The translations under genes and the position numbers were made by a program. From Mytilus trossulus (taxonomy: Eukaryota), in assembly GCF_036588685.1 (NCBI RefSeq), contig NC_086385.1:24513216-24577215 (forward strand): a DNA stretch of 64,000 bases, written 5' to 3'. The notes below the pieces were generated by a model. The model did no database searches. It worked only from the letters and a program-made list of their open reading frames with translations, and was not told the origin of the DNA. Shown in pieces: positions 26,161-40,394 of the stretch (positions within the stretch are counted from its first letter, which is position 1; the number at the start of each line of letters is the position of its first letter).

Positions 26161-29100
26161 GCTACGAAATATGGTGGATCGTTTGATACTACTACTACGG
26201 AAGTGCTAAACGCTAGTTAAACGACTTTAACACTTGTTTGACAATTTAAATGAAAAAAACAAATGTTTGAAATTTGTTCTACAATAGTTTTGTTAAACGC
26301 CTCGAATTGCATTATTAAAGGAATAATACATGTCTTTGTTATGGTCAATATTGTCATTTGGTCGATGTTTCATGATCGTGAAACCAAAAAAACTATATTT
26401 GATTGTTACTTACTGGTCGATCAATATAGTTGAAGTGTATACATTCATTTGATTACAAACTTTTCATTTTGAATTTTTCTCGGAGTTCATTATTTTTGAT
26501 CATTTTTGTGATTTTACTTTTCACTTGTCAGACATTTGAAGGAAGTTCTATTTTATTCTATTTAAAAAAAAAGCAAAATACAGTGTTCGGACTTTGTAGC
26601 TAGGAAGAATAGCACTATAGTATTGTGAGCTGAACGAAAGCATGTTTTGTCTTTTATTTGTACATAAGTTACAAGGATCTCCTTCTTTTTAAAAATCAAT
26701 TAATTTATTCTGAGAAGACAAATAAAAAGGTAGATCTCTGGTTTTAATAAATAAGAGGCAATTCACTAAACATAAGATTGAATTACTTTAAAAAAAAAGG
26801 CATATACACATTAAATTGATGTCATACATGTATTAGACAAATGAACAGCTACGACCGTTAAACACCAATTCAAGCATCAAAATTCCTAAAAGAGTGATTT
26901 ATTTAAAACAATATGTATTTTACTTGATATTTTGTTATACATATACGTCATATTTGATATGACCGTATCCATGGTCTCGTGTAAGAGTTATACCAAGTGT
27001 GTTATCCATTCAAACACGTTAGTTCTGGCTGTCGTTAACGCTCGTCTGGCGTAAATTCAAAATTTGATCCTGATATCTATGATGAGTTTATTTTCAGCTC
27101 CTGACAGCCGTTTTAGCATGAGGAGTAAACTTGCATTCTGCCATACTTAAACATGTGAACACGTTATTATTTAAGACCGGTGTGATGCATTTAAATACTT
27201 CCATCATATATTAATTGACTGAACTGAAACATTCTAATTACTGGTTAATGTATCTTGCATGAATTGACTGAAGTTAAAAATTCTCATCACCAGTATATTA
27301 GAGTCAGACATGAATTCGTTTAAGTGTAAATTTATCTAAACTGGTAATAATATCTGATATTTTCTTTATAAAGACACTAACAAATATAATATGTATAAGT
27401 GTAAGACAGGAAAATTTCCCCCATAAGATCGACATGTGATTAACAATGAAGATAGCGACCAGTTGATGTACAATTATCTTGAATATCTTCCCTGTGTACT
27501 TGAACAATAGTTTTATCAGTTATTTTCATCTTTTGTTTTTCATTTCTTTTATTTTAGGCATCTGATCGCATTTTATTTTATACCTGCATGGATATTTTCA
27601 TTATGTAATTCGAGTTGTTTAACAAAACTAATGAAGAACAAATTTCAAATAGTTGTTTCTCATTTAAAATTGATTGTCAATCAAGTAAGAACCAGGGTAC
27701 TCTTTAAATTAGATTTTAATTTATGAATTAGATGAATGTCAGTAAAGGGGAAACCATAAAAAATAAATTATTCTGCTAAACTCAAAGAATGGGAAATATT
27801 TCATGTCATTTTGAAATTTATATGTCAAAAGGAGATCTGCTAATGTTTCTCTTTATTTTATTCAGAACGTTTATATATAGACACACATACTACAGACTGT
27901 TACCTTGTGAACTTCATGTGACACGTTGAAACTCCGGCTGAGCATGTCTATCTAGTAAACAGTAAGGGTATTATTCAAAGCTCATTTTCAACATGTTCTC
28001 AGCCTTAATATGCATGCAATTTTCCGCTGGACATTAAATGGCCATCCATCATCATCTTCTACATACTTGATAAAGTCAAACAAGTTTAATCTTCTCAAAG
28101 TATTACAAACACAGTGAAACCTAACATCCGTTGATTCCCTCATATTCAAATGAAACATTACAATGATTTGTTAACTGCTGTTGCAAAGTTTACATATAGA
28201 TTCAGAAAAAAAACCTCCTATAGTTAAATCAAGGTAGTAAATAAATATACGTTAATAGCATCATACATGAAGCAATCAATGCCTAAACAAATTGAGGAAA
28301 AAGTAAAATAACAACAATACCGAAATCCAAGGAAAATTAAAAACGGAAAGTTCCTTACCAATTGGCAAAATCAAAAGCTCAAACACGTCAAACATGTCAA
28401 ATGAATGGGAAATGACTGTCATATTCCTGACTTGGTACACTACATCCACAAAATAACTCATCTTTAGAATGAAAATAACATTTTATGAATATTGTGCGAC
28501 CGAAAAAGTTTCTGGACTGACTTTTTCCAAGATTGCTCACACTCAAAAATATGAAAGCCAAGGATGTATAACTACTCTGATACTTCATGACCTTTCTGGC
28601 AAAACAGAAGTCTAAATTAAAAGCCAAAACCACCTTTAAATGAATCATTTTAATCATAAAGTAATTGTTTTTTCTGGATCTTAATTTTAATTTTTCTTAA
28701 GTTTTTTTTAATAATTAAGTTGATCATCATCTCTTGACCCAACGAATGGTTTGATTAATGTGTCGTAGCTATAAATCTTCCACTCTGTTGTAAGATTATC
28801 AATTGAAATGGAAATGATTGTTGATGTATGTTACATGAACACATTTGAAAGCAAAAGAAAACTTTAGAAATTTCGTATAGGAAACTCCCTCCCTCCCTTC
28901 CCCCCCAAAAAAAAAAGTTTAACCCACCACTCTTTTTGAAAAATGCAAGTAAGGGATACGACCGTTGTTTTGTTCACTGTTCCCATGTATGATAACGTTT
29001 GATTCCGTCAGTTTTTATAGACTTTTCCTTCTTTTAATTTACCTTAGATTTCGTTTTTTTGTTATACTCTTTTGTTATGTAAATATGCATTTTACACGTC

Positions 29101-29653
29101 TGTATGTCTGCATACTAATGATATAATAGAAGAAACTTAATGTGAAGTATACAAGTCATCATATTCTTAAGTCATTATGCCTGCATGTGAACAGGTTTTA
29201 TGAGACTGCCAATTTTGCGCAATAATTCCAACTTGCGCAACAAACAAACTTATGTATAAACTTACTGCTTATCAAGTTAGTAACAATAAGCCACGACAAG
29301 CAAAATTTAAAGGTTTTCTTCAAGATATAAACTATTTTCTTTTTGTTGATAAAAATTCGAAAATACGAATTAATTCGATGTTATTTAGAACGTTTTGTTT
29401 TATAAAGACAGAAAATAAGATTTTATGGACAACATAATAATGAAATGAATATATGATGGATATGATTGAATTATTCTCTAAGTGACTGGTTTTTTTTATA
29501 ATAAAGCAAAATAGTTATTTTTTTCAGTTTCCGTGGATTTTTTAACAAATCTTGAATGCAAAGATCATATTTAGTATGTTTGACAATATTCACTAATTAT
29601 ATTTCATACATAAGAAGTACTTAACACAGTTATGGATATTTTTCAGGCGTATC

Positions 29654-29808
29654 ATGGAGAAAATCTACAGTATACTTTTCATAATGGCATGCACTGTCAC
29701 CGTCAATGGATGCCCTACCTTGTGTAGATGCTTGGAGACGCTTGTTCGTTGCGACTCCAGATCTCTTAAGACAGTTCCATCAAATATACCCAGCTCAACA
29801 ACTTTATT
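29654..29808 (+). CDS. LRR gene, first coding exon: signal peptide + LRRNT cap
   Basis: Acceptor tttcag at 29641-29646, ATG at 29654 in context atcATGg. Translation: MEKIYSILFIMACTVTVNG-CPTLCRCLETLVRCDSRSLKTVPSNIPSSTTL(L), with a hydrophobic N-terminus and the CPxxCxC..VxC..L..VP..IP LRRNT motif. Donor gtaagt at 29809, phase 2. Confidence 0.92.
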
Positions 29809-31278
29809 GTAAGTATTTATTTTTAAAAGTGTTTCTTTAACTAAAAACAACATACGATACGTATTTTAGTGCTGATGAACAATCTTTATTTCGATGTCCA
29901 CAACAAAAGTCTTTTCAATTAGATATTGTTGTAAATACACTATGTTGCTACAATCTAGAATACGCGTTGCAGTATAACTGAAGGATGTATTTTCCCTCAC
30001 TTGGTAATTATTAGTAACATTTTGGACATTTTAATGTCAATATTTGAAGTATTAACGTTAACAATAAAAAGAAAGAAAGAAAAGGACGACTGTATTTTGA
30101 CGCTTTGTACGTGGCAATCTTGTCGTGAAAAAAAATGTTCACGTGCAAACAAAATTTCAGGAAAATGAAAAAGGTTTAACGAAAAGTAGAAGCTAAAAAA
30201 ATAAAGAAAATACTTTTTTCAAAATTATAATAATTTTTTTAGTAGCGTCAAAACTAACCAAATGAGAGTGTATGCAGTTATTTTGATCTTTTTCGAAACA
30301 ACATTATACATATTATGATGTTAACGTATTTGTACTTGTTCATATGCATTTAATTGTTTTAAAAATAGTCTGTAATATTTGAATACTTACACCATATCAA
30401 ATAAAAGTTGCTTTATTACGTAATGAATAAATTATCAATCAAAGACCAAAAGAGAATTAAAAATCACTCGACTCAAAAATTATCCTGAACGACACCTTAA
30501 CGTAAGATTTAAAAGGCTTCTGACCCACTTAAAGTTCTTTTATATTCTGTTTGTAAGTCTTCTAGTCGAAATTAACAAATAAAGAAGTTATCATGAACAT
30601 TTGTTATACCTGTGATACATTCAGTTTGCTTGACAAAGTCGAGAACTCGATGTTTCTTCTTCCTATCGTTTTAAATTTTGTAAGAATTCAATGATATATC
30701 ATTAATAGGTTGGTTCAAATATTCACTTTCTTTTACTAGATTCAATTTAGAGCTTAGAATATTGTTTAGTCACATTTTAATCCTTCAAGATAATACGTTT
30801 CCAATATATGTCTTTTTGTTTTATGTCTCATTGTCTCATTTTCAATTATTGTGTCTCATTAATTATTTAATCGCCAAACAGTCTAATTATTTACATGCAA
30901 ATCACAAAAATATTCAATAAATTATCGACCTTACTAACCACAAAGCATGATTAACCATAATTACAGGCAGTATTCATTATTTATCAGTTTTGTCCATTTG
31001 TCCCTTTTGAAATATGTTATTCATGCTTTCAATCGTTCTTTTTTTTGTGCATACATTTCAAATGATATTGACATGATTGAAAAGGGAATCAATTTTTGAT
31101 GTTAGTGGATTTTTCTAAATTTTAGAGCAGGCCTTGATATTGTTCTCATTTTTCTTTAATCAATTACGCTATAAATGTATAATTACTATTTATCATATAA
31201 ATTAACCAGTGTTCAATCATCTCTGCCTCAATTCCAGTAGCCTCATTTCTATTCCATACTGTGTGTATCGCTAAATTA

Positions 31279-31300
31279 CAAGGCTTGACTCAAGATACTT
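31279..31300 (+). pseudogene. 3' remnant of an LRR exon
   Basis: caaggcttgactcaagatactt|gcaagt resembles GGTTTGACGGCTCTTCAATACTT|gtaagt. It is followed by the post-exon motif (gccat..tggtttgctgtt) and by intron sequence like 34300-34430. Confidence 0.4.
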
Positions 31301-32479
31301 GCAAGTAAATTGATTTGGCAAAAAAAACAATATTTGCCATCATTTGCTGATGGTTTGCTGTTACATTGAATGTATATTGAGTTAAGGTAATTCTGTAATG
31401 ATTTAACTTATCATTTTAAAAACAGTTCACATTTAAAAAGACAAATTTGTTCTAATAAGTTTTGTACATAAAAATATGTTGATTACTTTTTTTTTTAAAT
31501 TAGGAATTCAAGTTTATATAATTGAAGTGAAAATATAATGTGAGTGATTCGAATTTTGTTTATCGAGATGTTACTGGCAATATATATTACTGGAACAGGA
31601 TTGACTATATTCCTATTGAAATTGAGAACAATATCCCGAAAGAGGAACAATACCCCTAACAGCCGGGTGATATACATATTCGGTTGGTAATTAACATTTT
31701 CAGAACAACCAAACAATTGTGTTTTAAACAAGTTTCATGTGACTCTTTTTAAATTTGTCTTTTTTTTTTTTTTAAACAGGAATCGACTCGATTCCAAGTT
31801 GATATAAAACAAAAATCAATGAATATCGATGCATTACCAAAAAAAAAAAATCAATAATAAACATGTTTTTTATCAATTATAGCTGTAAATGTGCGAGCAA
31901 CTTGTCAAAGTTTTTGGTTAGTAACTGCTGCATGAAGAAGGCAAGCCTATATTTCTTTGCCAAAACACAACGAAACTTTTACGCAAACTATTTTATACTC
32001 ATAAATGTTTTGAAGGACTCCACAGGAACAACTTAGGTAACTGAATTGAAAATTGATGGCTGATATTCTTATTGTTTGCCAACACTTGTAATTGACGCAT
32101 AGTTAGCTGTTGTAAAAATATGTTCAAAAAGATAAATGTGTGTGTATTAAATTTCTTCAACTATAATGGGATAAGTTTTTAGATAGCTTACCCTTACATC
32201 TGTGTCCCATGAACACTTTCTTCATTTTTTTAATTTGTGTTTTGGAGAAATAATGAAAATTTCATAGAGATTGGTAAAAACTGGGACTATTATACTAATA
32301 TATCGTATAATAGTCCCAGGTAAGATTTAAAAATTAATTGAATTTTCCCACCGACCCACTTGCTTAAAACAGGTGGATGATCATCTACACATAAAATTGA
32401 TGTGGCCATACTGGAACTTTTTGAAAACACAGAATGAAAAACATAATTGAAAAATATGAAATATAATATTTTCGACGCT

Positions 32480-32965
32480 ATTTATAGAAGTGTCTTCTAA
32501 TAGTACGATGAAATGGTATTGTAGTGTAATCAAATAGTATACTGGTATATAAATGGCACCTCATGGTATAAGAAAATGGTAGCTTGGTATTAAAATCTGT
32601 CTTCATAAGATAGTAATATGACAGAATAGTATGAAAAAGTTGCTCCAAGTTATATCGAAATGATTGTATAGTATACAAATTTATCGTGATAAGATAGTAT
32701 AATGACATAAGTGTATAGTGAATTGACAAAATAGTATGACAAAGTTGCTCAATGTTATTTAAAGAAGTCTTTATAGTATAAAATGTATTTTTATGAGATA
32801 TAGCGATATCGCCTAATAGTATAGTAAAATGACAAAATAGTATGAAAAGGTAGCTCCGTGTTATATCAAGATGTCTTCATAGTATAAAAGAATGTCTTCG
32901 AGACAAAGAAAAATGATAGAATAGTATGGAAGGATAGCTCCATGTTATATCAAAACGTCGTCATA
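32480..32965. repeat. Degenerate tandem repeat (aatagtatgaaa..g.tgctc..gttatatc)
   Basis: The motif recurs at ~32626, 32731, 32837 and 32921. Confidence 0.6.
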
Positions 32966-34195
32966 AGGCAGCTGTGGCGTTCCATAGAGAAGTTTAATCT
33001 GCCATTTTCTAATATTAATTATTGCTTTCCTAAAATTATTTGCTAAACGCATATAAAGAAAACCATTGTGAAAAGTATGTTATATGCGTTTAGAATTAAG
33101 GGTTCCTACGGACAACTTATATAACTTAATTGAAATGTGTGATTGATATTCCTTACCAGCATTCTTCGCTATACATCTTCGATTGGGAATTATCGTTTTC
33201 ATAACAATAAACACATTGTGTTTAGGATTGTTTCCAACTAACTTGTTTCTGCGTTGTCCTATTTTAAGGTTAATCGGTTTGATTTCGTGTTAATTCAACA
33301 GGTATCAACAAATATTGATATATTACGGTAAAAGTGAGAATTTGGTTTAGTTTGCAATGTTTCTTACATTTTAAAATAAATATTTTTCAATTATAGATAT
33401 CTGTATGTGAACAAGTTGGCAATTATTTTGTTTGTAACTACTGCATGAGGGACCCAAACCATTTCAAACCAATAGCTATTTGTAAAAAACTAAAAACAAA
33501 CCTGATGCGTAAACTATCTTATACAACACACATGCTTATATGACCTCTAAGTTACAAATGAGGTAACTTAATCAAAATTTGACGATTGATATTCTAAGAA
33601 TAAACAAGAAGATGTGGTATGAGTGCCAATGAAACAACTCTCCATGCAATTCACAATGTATAAACAGTTAACAATTATAGGTCAAAGTACGGCATTCAAC
33701 ACGGAGCCTTGGCTCACACCGAACAGCAAACTATAAAGGGCCCAAAAATGACTTGTGTAAAACAATTAAAACAGGAAAACCAACGGTCTAAGCTATATAA
33801 AAAAAAAACAGAAACGAGAAACACATTTGACCCACACCAACAAACGACAACAACTGAACAACATGCTACTGAAAAGGACAGGTGAATTAGTGTCTGCAAA
33901 CACTTCTATTGACCTACCTGTTGTGAAATATGGTCTAAAAGAATTTTTGTTGGTATTTAAATTAATTGACAATAATGTGGTTAAACGGTTTGAGAATACA
34001 AGTTTTAAGGTTTAGGAACAGATCTTCAAAATGTAATTCTCCGCCTTGGATATTTAAGCTTTATTTAAAAATGGCTTTTTTTTTTATTGCATTTATTATA
34101 TGTATGCTACCTTTAAACCAGTTTTCAAACTGATGCCTTTTATTTTTAGAAAATTAATGTAATGTAAAACTCAATTTTTAAAATGTCATTTTCAG

Positions 34196-34267
34196 GTATT
34201 TGTTTGATAATTCAATTACCCAGATAGATGCAAACGCCTTTGACGGATTATCGGCACTTACACGTTT
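34196..34267 (+). CDS. LRR gene, intact 72-nt LRR exon
   Basis: ttttcag|...|gtaagt, phase 2-2. Translation (L)YLFDNSITQIDANAFDGLSALTR(L) fits the 24-aa typical LRR consensus. Confidence 0.93.
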
Positions 34268-34496
34268 GTAAGTATATAAAAACAGTTACAAACACAAATG
34301 TCGCCATGTGTTACTGGTTTGCTGTTGCATTATATCGTACACCCCTGTAGTTAATTGCTCCATGTTAATGTATATTTTGTGAAGGTAATATCTTTTGCCA
34401 TTTCACCTATCCTTTGGAAAAGTTAATTTCAACTTTTCTACAAAATGCAGTTGAATAAATTTATCAATGTGTTACTTTACATCTTCTATTATTAGT

Positions 34497-37290
34497 TCGT
34501 CACATCAAGGATTTATTAACCACATTGCGACGCACGTGTTTGAAACAAACTGTTGAATTTTTATCCTTTATCTTTGATATAGATAATTGATTTGAGAGGG
34601 TAATTTAAAGGTCATGTGTTTCAAGCATAGTTTTACGTCTCGCCTTTTTCATTTACGATGGTCCAAAAAAGAAAACTTCAACAGGTTTGGAACAACCTTC
34701 TCCTTAAATGAGGGATCAATTGCAAGTGATAAAAAATGTTGTTTTGTTGTAAAAACCACTTTTAGTACAAAAGGGCACATATTTATATTATTTGAAGAAA
34801 CTTTTCCCAAAGAACTATTCATCTATCTGGTATTAATATATGGTCAAAACATGTCCAATAATTTTGTAATATTCCTGGACCCCTCCTTTAGAAAAGTTGT
34901 TCCAAATAAAATGAATTATTCCCCTTTTAAGATAAGTTTAAGATATTAATCATAGACAACAATGGGAAGGAAAATTGTAAACGAAAAATGTATTAATGGT
35001 ACTTGGCGAAAACACAATTATAGTGGCGAAATATAGATGGTTTTGGCGAAAGAGGTGGCGAAAACAATAATTGACCCATGGGATACCCTATGCGACTGAC
35101 TTTCAAAGCTTTATCAGAATAAATCTGCATGTAATAAGAAATCCGAAAAACAGCTGTTTTATTTAACCATATGATACAATCATGAAAGTGCATATAAAGA
35201 CTCATGTCGGTGATTGCAATCGATTGAACAAGAGTGTATGACTTTTAAATCAGCTGCTGATAGTATTTTGACAGTTACTTTTACTTATTACCATTCCAAG
35301 AAATAGCTTACAATAGTTTGAAATAACACCTTGAAGTTTAATATCAAAATAAGATGTGGTATGATCACCAATAACACAACTATCCACAGACCAAAACCGA
35401 GATATGTAAACATTTACGCCTATGAAAAACTGGAAAACCTAAAATTACCTCCACACAACCCCCTTTCAACCCTAACATTTCCAAAAATGGACATTGCGTG
35501 ATGATGATGATATGTTCAATGGTAACAACTAAATTTTTATTGTGTATGAAACACGACATTAAGTTTGCAGTTAAAGTAAAATCAAGATTGATTTTGATAA
35601 TTTCCATTAAATTATAATTACGTAAACAAAACATGAATAGCTAAACTGTTTTGTGTATTGATAATGCATATTTATTGTCAACATTGATGTAATTTCAACC
35701 ATTTTCAAGTTGCCTACTATTCTCAACGTTTATCTGTTTGAATTGATTAATATGAAAATTAAAATAAGTAAAATAATTGTACTGCATATATATATATATT
35801 AATTTAGAAAATGTTATTTGTGAGTGAGAATTAAATAACTAAACAGATCTACATATTCTTTTAAGTTTGGCGGTTCTTAAAAAATCTGATTTCAAAAAAC
35901 AAATATGCCGTCAGGTGTTGCTGATGTTCTGTCCCATTAAATCATTCGTCTCCTTTTATTTATTATTTCAAGTAAAATAAGTTTTGCCAACTCATCCGCC
36001 TTTTCACCAAATGTGCCCTTCCGAATTAGACTCGTCGCAGGGTGTTCTTACATGAGCAACACGACGGATGCCTTATGAAGAGGAGGACCTGAAGTCACCC
36101 TGTTTTTTTCCTTTTCTTTTCTTTTTTCTTTTTTTTTAGAAGTGGGATCAGGGGTCGGGGGTCTGCGGCGGTGTTCGTATTGCTCAGTCTTTATTTTTGT
36201 ATGTTGTTGTTTGTGTTTTGGTCTATTTGAAAATGTGGCCTGGCGTTGTAAATTTGATTTTAGAGCAATGCAGAGGTTTTCTTTTATCTTAAAATGACAA
36301 GATTGTAATCTTGAGAAGAGATAGACAAATTATGCCTAAATTGAGACCAATACAAAAGAAGATGATGACAATGAGACAACTATCCACCAGAAACATTATA
36401 ACGTAGAAGTTAGCATCGTTAGGTCAGCATATGACCATTAACAATGACCAAAACCGACATCGAGTAGCAAGACATAAAAGGCCATGAAATGAAAATGTAC
36501 AATAGTTGGTAAAAAAAAACAGTAATGCAAAATACCATCACTGCTTTAATGATTTTTTGGGGTTCATTTGAAAAAAAAATCTTAATGGATTTGAAAAAAA
36601 TTGACCGATTGTCTTTGCATTTTTTGCATTCAAACTAGCCTAAACATATTGCCATTTTATTTTGACATGATTAAATATGGGAATCACTCTTTGTTGTCAG
36701 AAGATCCCACATAAAGTCTACAAACCCAAGTTTCGCGATAGCTGTTGTGAAATATGGCCAATAAGATAATTATTTAAGTTCATATATGCATAAGTACTAT
36801 TTATTGTATCATAAACTTCTTTGAGTATGTATGCAATGTATTAACAATTTTCTAGCATCTCTACATCTTTCCAGTTGACTTATATTTTGACTTCAAGATG
36901 TTTGTATTTCTGAATAAGGAAAATAATAGGAGAAATAAATTTCCAAAAATGTTATTTTTCAGGAACCTTGACAACAATCGAATTTCCACATTGAATGGCA
37001 ATCTATTTCGGGAATTAACGGCTCTTAAAGACTTGTAAGTAAACAGATATATCAAATAAAGATTTGTCGCCATATATTGTTGGTTTGCTGTTTTAGTATA
37101 TCACAAATATCTGTTTATACATTTGTTCGGGTAAAATAAGATTTAATGATTGTAATTTGTAACGGCATTTGTTTTCTTCTTTTGAAACCATTTCACAGCA
37201 AAAATATAATATCATTACATTCGATATTACCTTAATGGTTTACCATTTATAAGATACCAGAACGTTTAGATATATTTGTTAATGAATTGA
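34497..37290 (+). repeat. Segmental duplication, copy 1 (intron + LRR exon cassette)
   Basis: Nearly identical to 42599-43877 plus 46794-48440. Paired spurious ORFs occur at 35380..35634 and 43578..43832. Confidence 0.95.
36963..37034 (+). CDS. LRR gene, intact 72-nt LRR exon
   Basis: ttttcag|...|gtaagt, phase 2-2. Translation (L)NLDNNRISTLNGNLFRELTALKD(L). Confidence 0.93.
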
Positions 37291-37629
37291 TCAGACTTTT
37301 GTTAATTACTAAATGAGAAAGACACACTATTTTAAACCATTATTACTTTAAGTAGTTTAATCAAAACATTGCGCGATATGAAATAAGTGTTTCCTTATTG
37401 TGTTCAGAAGATCCGAAATAAAATATACAAACACTGATATCGACGCAGCTGTTATTATCATATTTACAAATAATTTGTAATCATTGACAATACAGTAAAA
37501 CTCTTTGAATACCTTAAATATGTAATTTTTTACTTAAACCATTGAATTTCTTTTTTTAAGTGAATTTGTTTGCATTAATGAAATTATTTATCTTATGCAC
37601 AACTGCATTTCAAGAAATTTATTTTGAAG

Positions 37630-37692
37630 GTTCCTGTACAACGATCAAATTAAAAAAGAAAATCTTTCGTTGTTTCACGGTTCCACAATTTT
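37630..37692 (+). pseudogene. Degenerate LRR pseudo-exon
   Basis: ttttgaag|G TTC CTG TAC AAC GAT CAA ATT (FLYNDQI), then a deleted or frameshifted NLFRxxTxL-like remainder. No GT donor. Conserved flanking intron motifs are present. Confidence 0.55.
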
Positions 37693-38090
37693 ATAAAACT
37701 AATGTTGCCTCGTGTGTTGCTAGCTTGCTGTCGCAATGATTTAGTTTTTTGTTCTACTGGACAACTTTTCTTTGAAAAGTTTCTACTAAGATTTATCAAT
37801 TTGGGTGAATTTAGTTTGGTATTACATGTAAAGTGTGCAATTATCAATAAGTCAAAAAATCAAGACGTTGCAATCTATTTTATTGATTTCTTAAAATAAT
37901 TTTAGGTAATACGTGTGTGTCAATGGTTAGGTTATCCTGTATCAGCTATCTAATAAGGATAAGATATTAAAGTAGTGCAGATCTTCTTAAAATATAGATC
38001 ACATCTTGCTTTGAGGAATAGCATTATCGATCTCAGGCTACATATTTGCACTTTTTTTCTATTACTACTACATATTTCCATTACAATAAA

Positions 38091-38113
38091 GGTTTGACGG
38101 CTCTAACAACATT
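38091..38113 (+). pseudogene. 3' remnant of an LRR exon (GLTALTTL)
   Basis: ggtttgacggctctaacaacatt is nearly identical to 54358-54380 and is followed by the post-exon motif tgtgttgctggtttacttttgcaatgat. Confidence 0.65.
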
Positions 38114-39656
38114 GATAGAATCTGTTTCTACAAAGTGATAATTGTCTTCCTGTGTTGCTGGTTTACTTTTGCAATGATTTTAATGTTCTTTTTGAATTAC
38201 AGTTGCAATTTTCTTCAAAACATCTATTAATTTGTGTTAATTTAATTTGGTATTACATATAAAGTGTACAGTTAAAAATTGCAAATATGGACATTCATTT
38301 TTTTTTATTGGAGTGCTAATATAACTTAGAGGGGTTTGGATTTTGCCAGTTGAGAGGTTGCTTTTTTTAGGACAAGCTAGTTTACATAATCAGGGATGAA
38401 GTTATTCTTTAGAGGTTGTTTCTTTTAGGACAAGCTAGTTTATATAATGAGGGATGAAGAAATTCTTAACAAATACGGAATATCATTATCGGTTTGGTGC
38501 TATTCATTTGTGTATTTTATCAGTATTACATATTTTCAGACAAAAAAAACTTTGGACTTTAGACTACTTCAAATTGAATTTCTTGTATGCTGTTCCAAAA
38601 TAGAAAATGAAGATCAATGAAGGAATTGAATATCTATAGTTATGTATAATTTTCTTTTTGCACTATTTCTAAAAATATGTAAATTTTGTTTTGATTTAAT
38701 TTGTTACTGTTTTCACGAAATAATCATTAAGACAGTTTATAGTTATGTTATTTGCTTGATAAGACAGTTAAGGTCAGCTGAATTCCTTCATTCTTGTAAT
38801 ATGACATATCGTAGTGTAATGGACTAGATTCTATGTAAACATATATGAACAAATCGATATATTACAATACAGTTCTGATTGTGATCAAGTTCTGAAATTG
38901 ATATAAAACTAAAATGAAAATTGTTCATTCAATCCTCGAAAACAGTATCCCATTTGGTAAAGTTGTCGTTACTTAGTCCTGAATAAGGAAGGCAGAAAAT
39001 TATCAGAACAATATCACGATTACTAAATCCTTCTTTAAAACCCAATTTGAAGGAAATCTGTATACAAAATATATTATAAGCGTAAAGGAATTTAAAAGAT
39101 TTATGAGGATAATTTAGGAAACTGAACTGAAAATGTTGTGTCAGCATCCTATCGCGGTTATGTCTACGTGTAAACAACTACGACCTAGGTGATGCCATCG
39201 TTGATGTTTAGACTCTAATTACATGTTGTGCCAGGATCCTATACAGGCTGTTGTCTGCATGAACTCCAACTACTACCTAGGTTATGCCATCGCTGATGGC
39301 TACGACCCTAATTAAAGTAGGGTAAACATTTTACACGTCCAAAGTCCGTACTTTAACTCTGATCATTTAGACATTTGTGTGTATTCAAATTGATCATATT
39401 AAAATTGTCGGTGAATAACCTTGATTTTTTAAGATTTAAGACTAGACATTGAAAATATGGTTGTGTTTCATGATAATAATGTTAGCCATATATGGATAAG
39501 ATAGATATCTTTGTTATATTATAAAAATCTGTCAGTATGTATGTACCAATCAACATGATATACAACACTTCCTTTTGCCCATTATTAACAACCTAGTCGG
39601 TTTGCATTGATGAATATGCAGGATGTAATGCAGAAATACGTTACATTATTTTGTAT

Positions 39657-40394
39657 GTACCTACATACCAAACAGATAACAAAAGTTCCCATATGTTCCT
39701 AGTTTACTGTACCTACAGACCAAACAGATAACAAAAGTCCCCATATGTTCCTAGTTTACTGTACCTACAGACCAAACAGATAACAAAAGTCCCCATATGT
39801 TCCCAGTTTACTGTGCCTACAGACCAAACAGATAACAAAAGTCCCCATATGTTCCTAGTTTACTGTACCTACAGACCAAACAGATAACAAAAGTCCCCAT
39901 ATGTTCCTAGTTTACTGTACCTACAGACCAAACAGATAACAAAAGTCCCCATATGTTCCCAGTTTACTGTACCTACAGACCAAACAGATAACAAAAGTCC
40001 CCATATGTTCCTAGTTTACTGTACCTACAGACCAAACAGATAACAAAAGTTCCCATATGTTCCTAGTTTACTGTACCTATAGACCAAACAGATAACAAAA
40101 GTCCCCATATGTTCCTAGTTTACTGTACCTACAGACCAAACAGATAACAAAAGTCCCCATATGTTCCTAGTTTACTGTACCTACAGACCAAACAGATAAC
40201 AAAAGTCCCCATATGTTCCTAGTTTACTGTACCTACAAACAAAACAGATAACAAAAGTCCCCATGTGTTCCTAGTTTACTGTACCTACAGACCAAACAGA
40301 TAACAAAAGTCCCCATATGTTCCTAGTTTACTGTACCCACAGACCAAACAGATAACAAAAGTCCCAATATGTTCCTAGTTTACTGTACTTACAG
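39657..40394 (+). repeat. 52-bp minisatellite, 14 units, derived from a deleted LRR exon
   Basis: Unit gtacctacagaccaaacagataacaaaagtccccatatgttcctagtttact starts at 39657, 39709, 39761 and so on. A single-copy homolog lies at 62365-62415. Confidence 0.93.
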
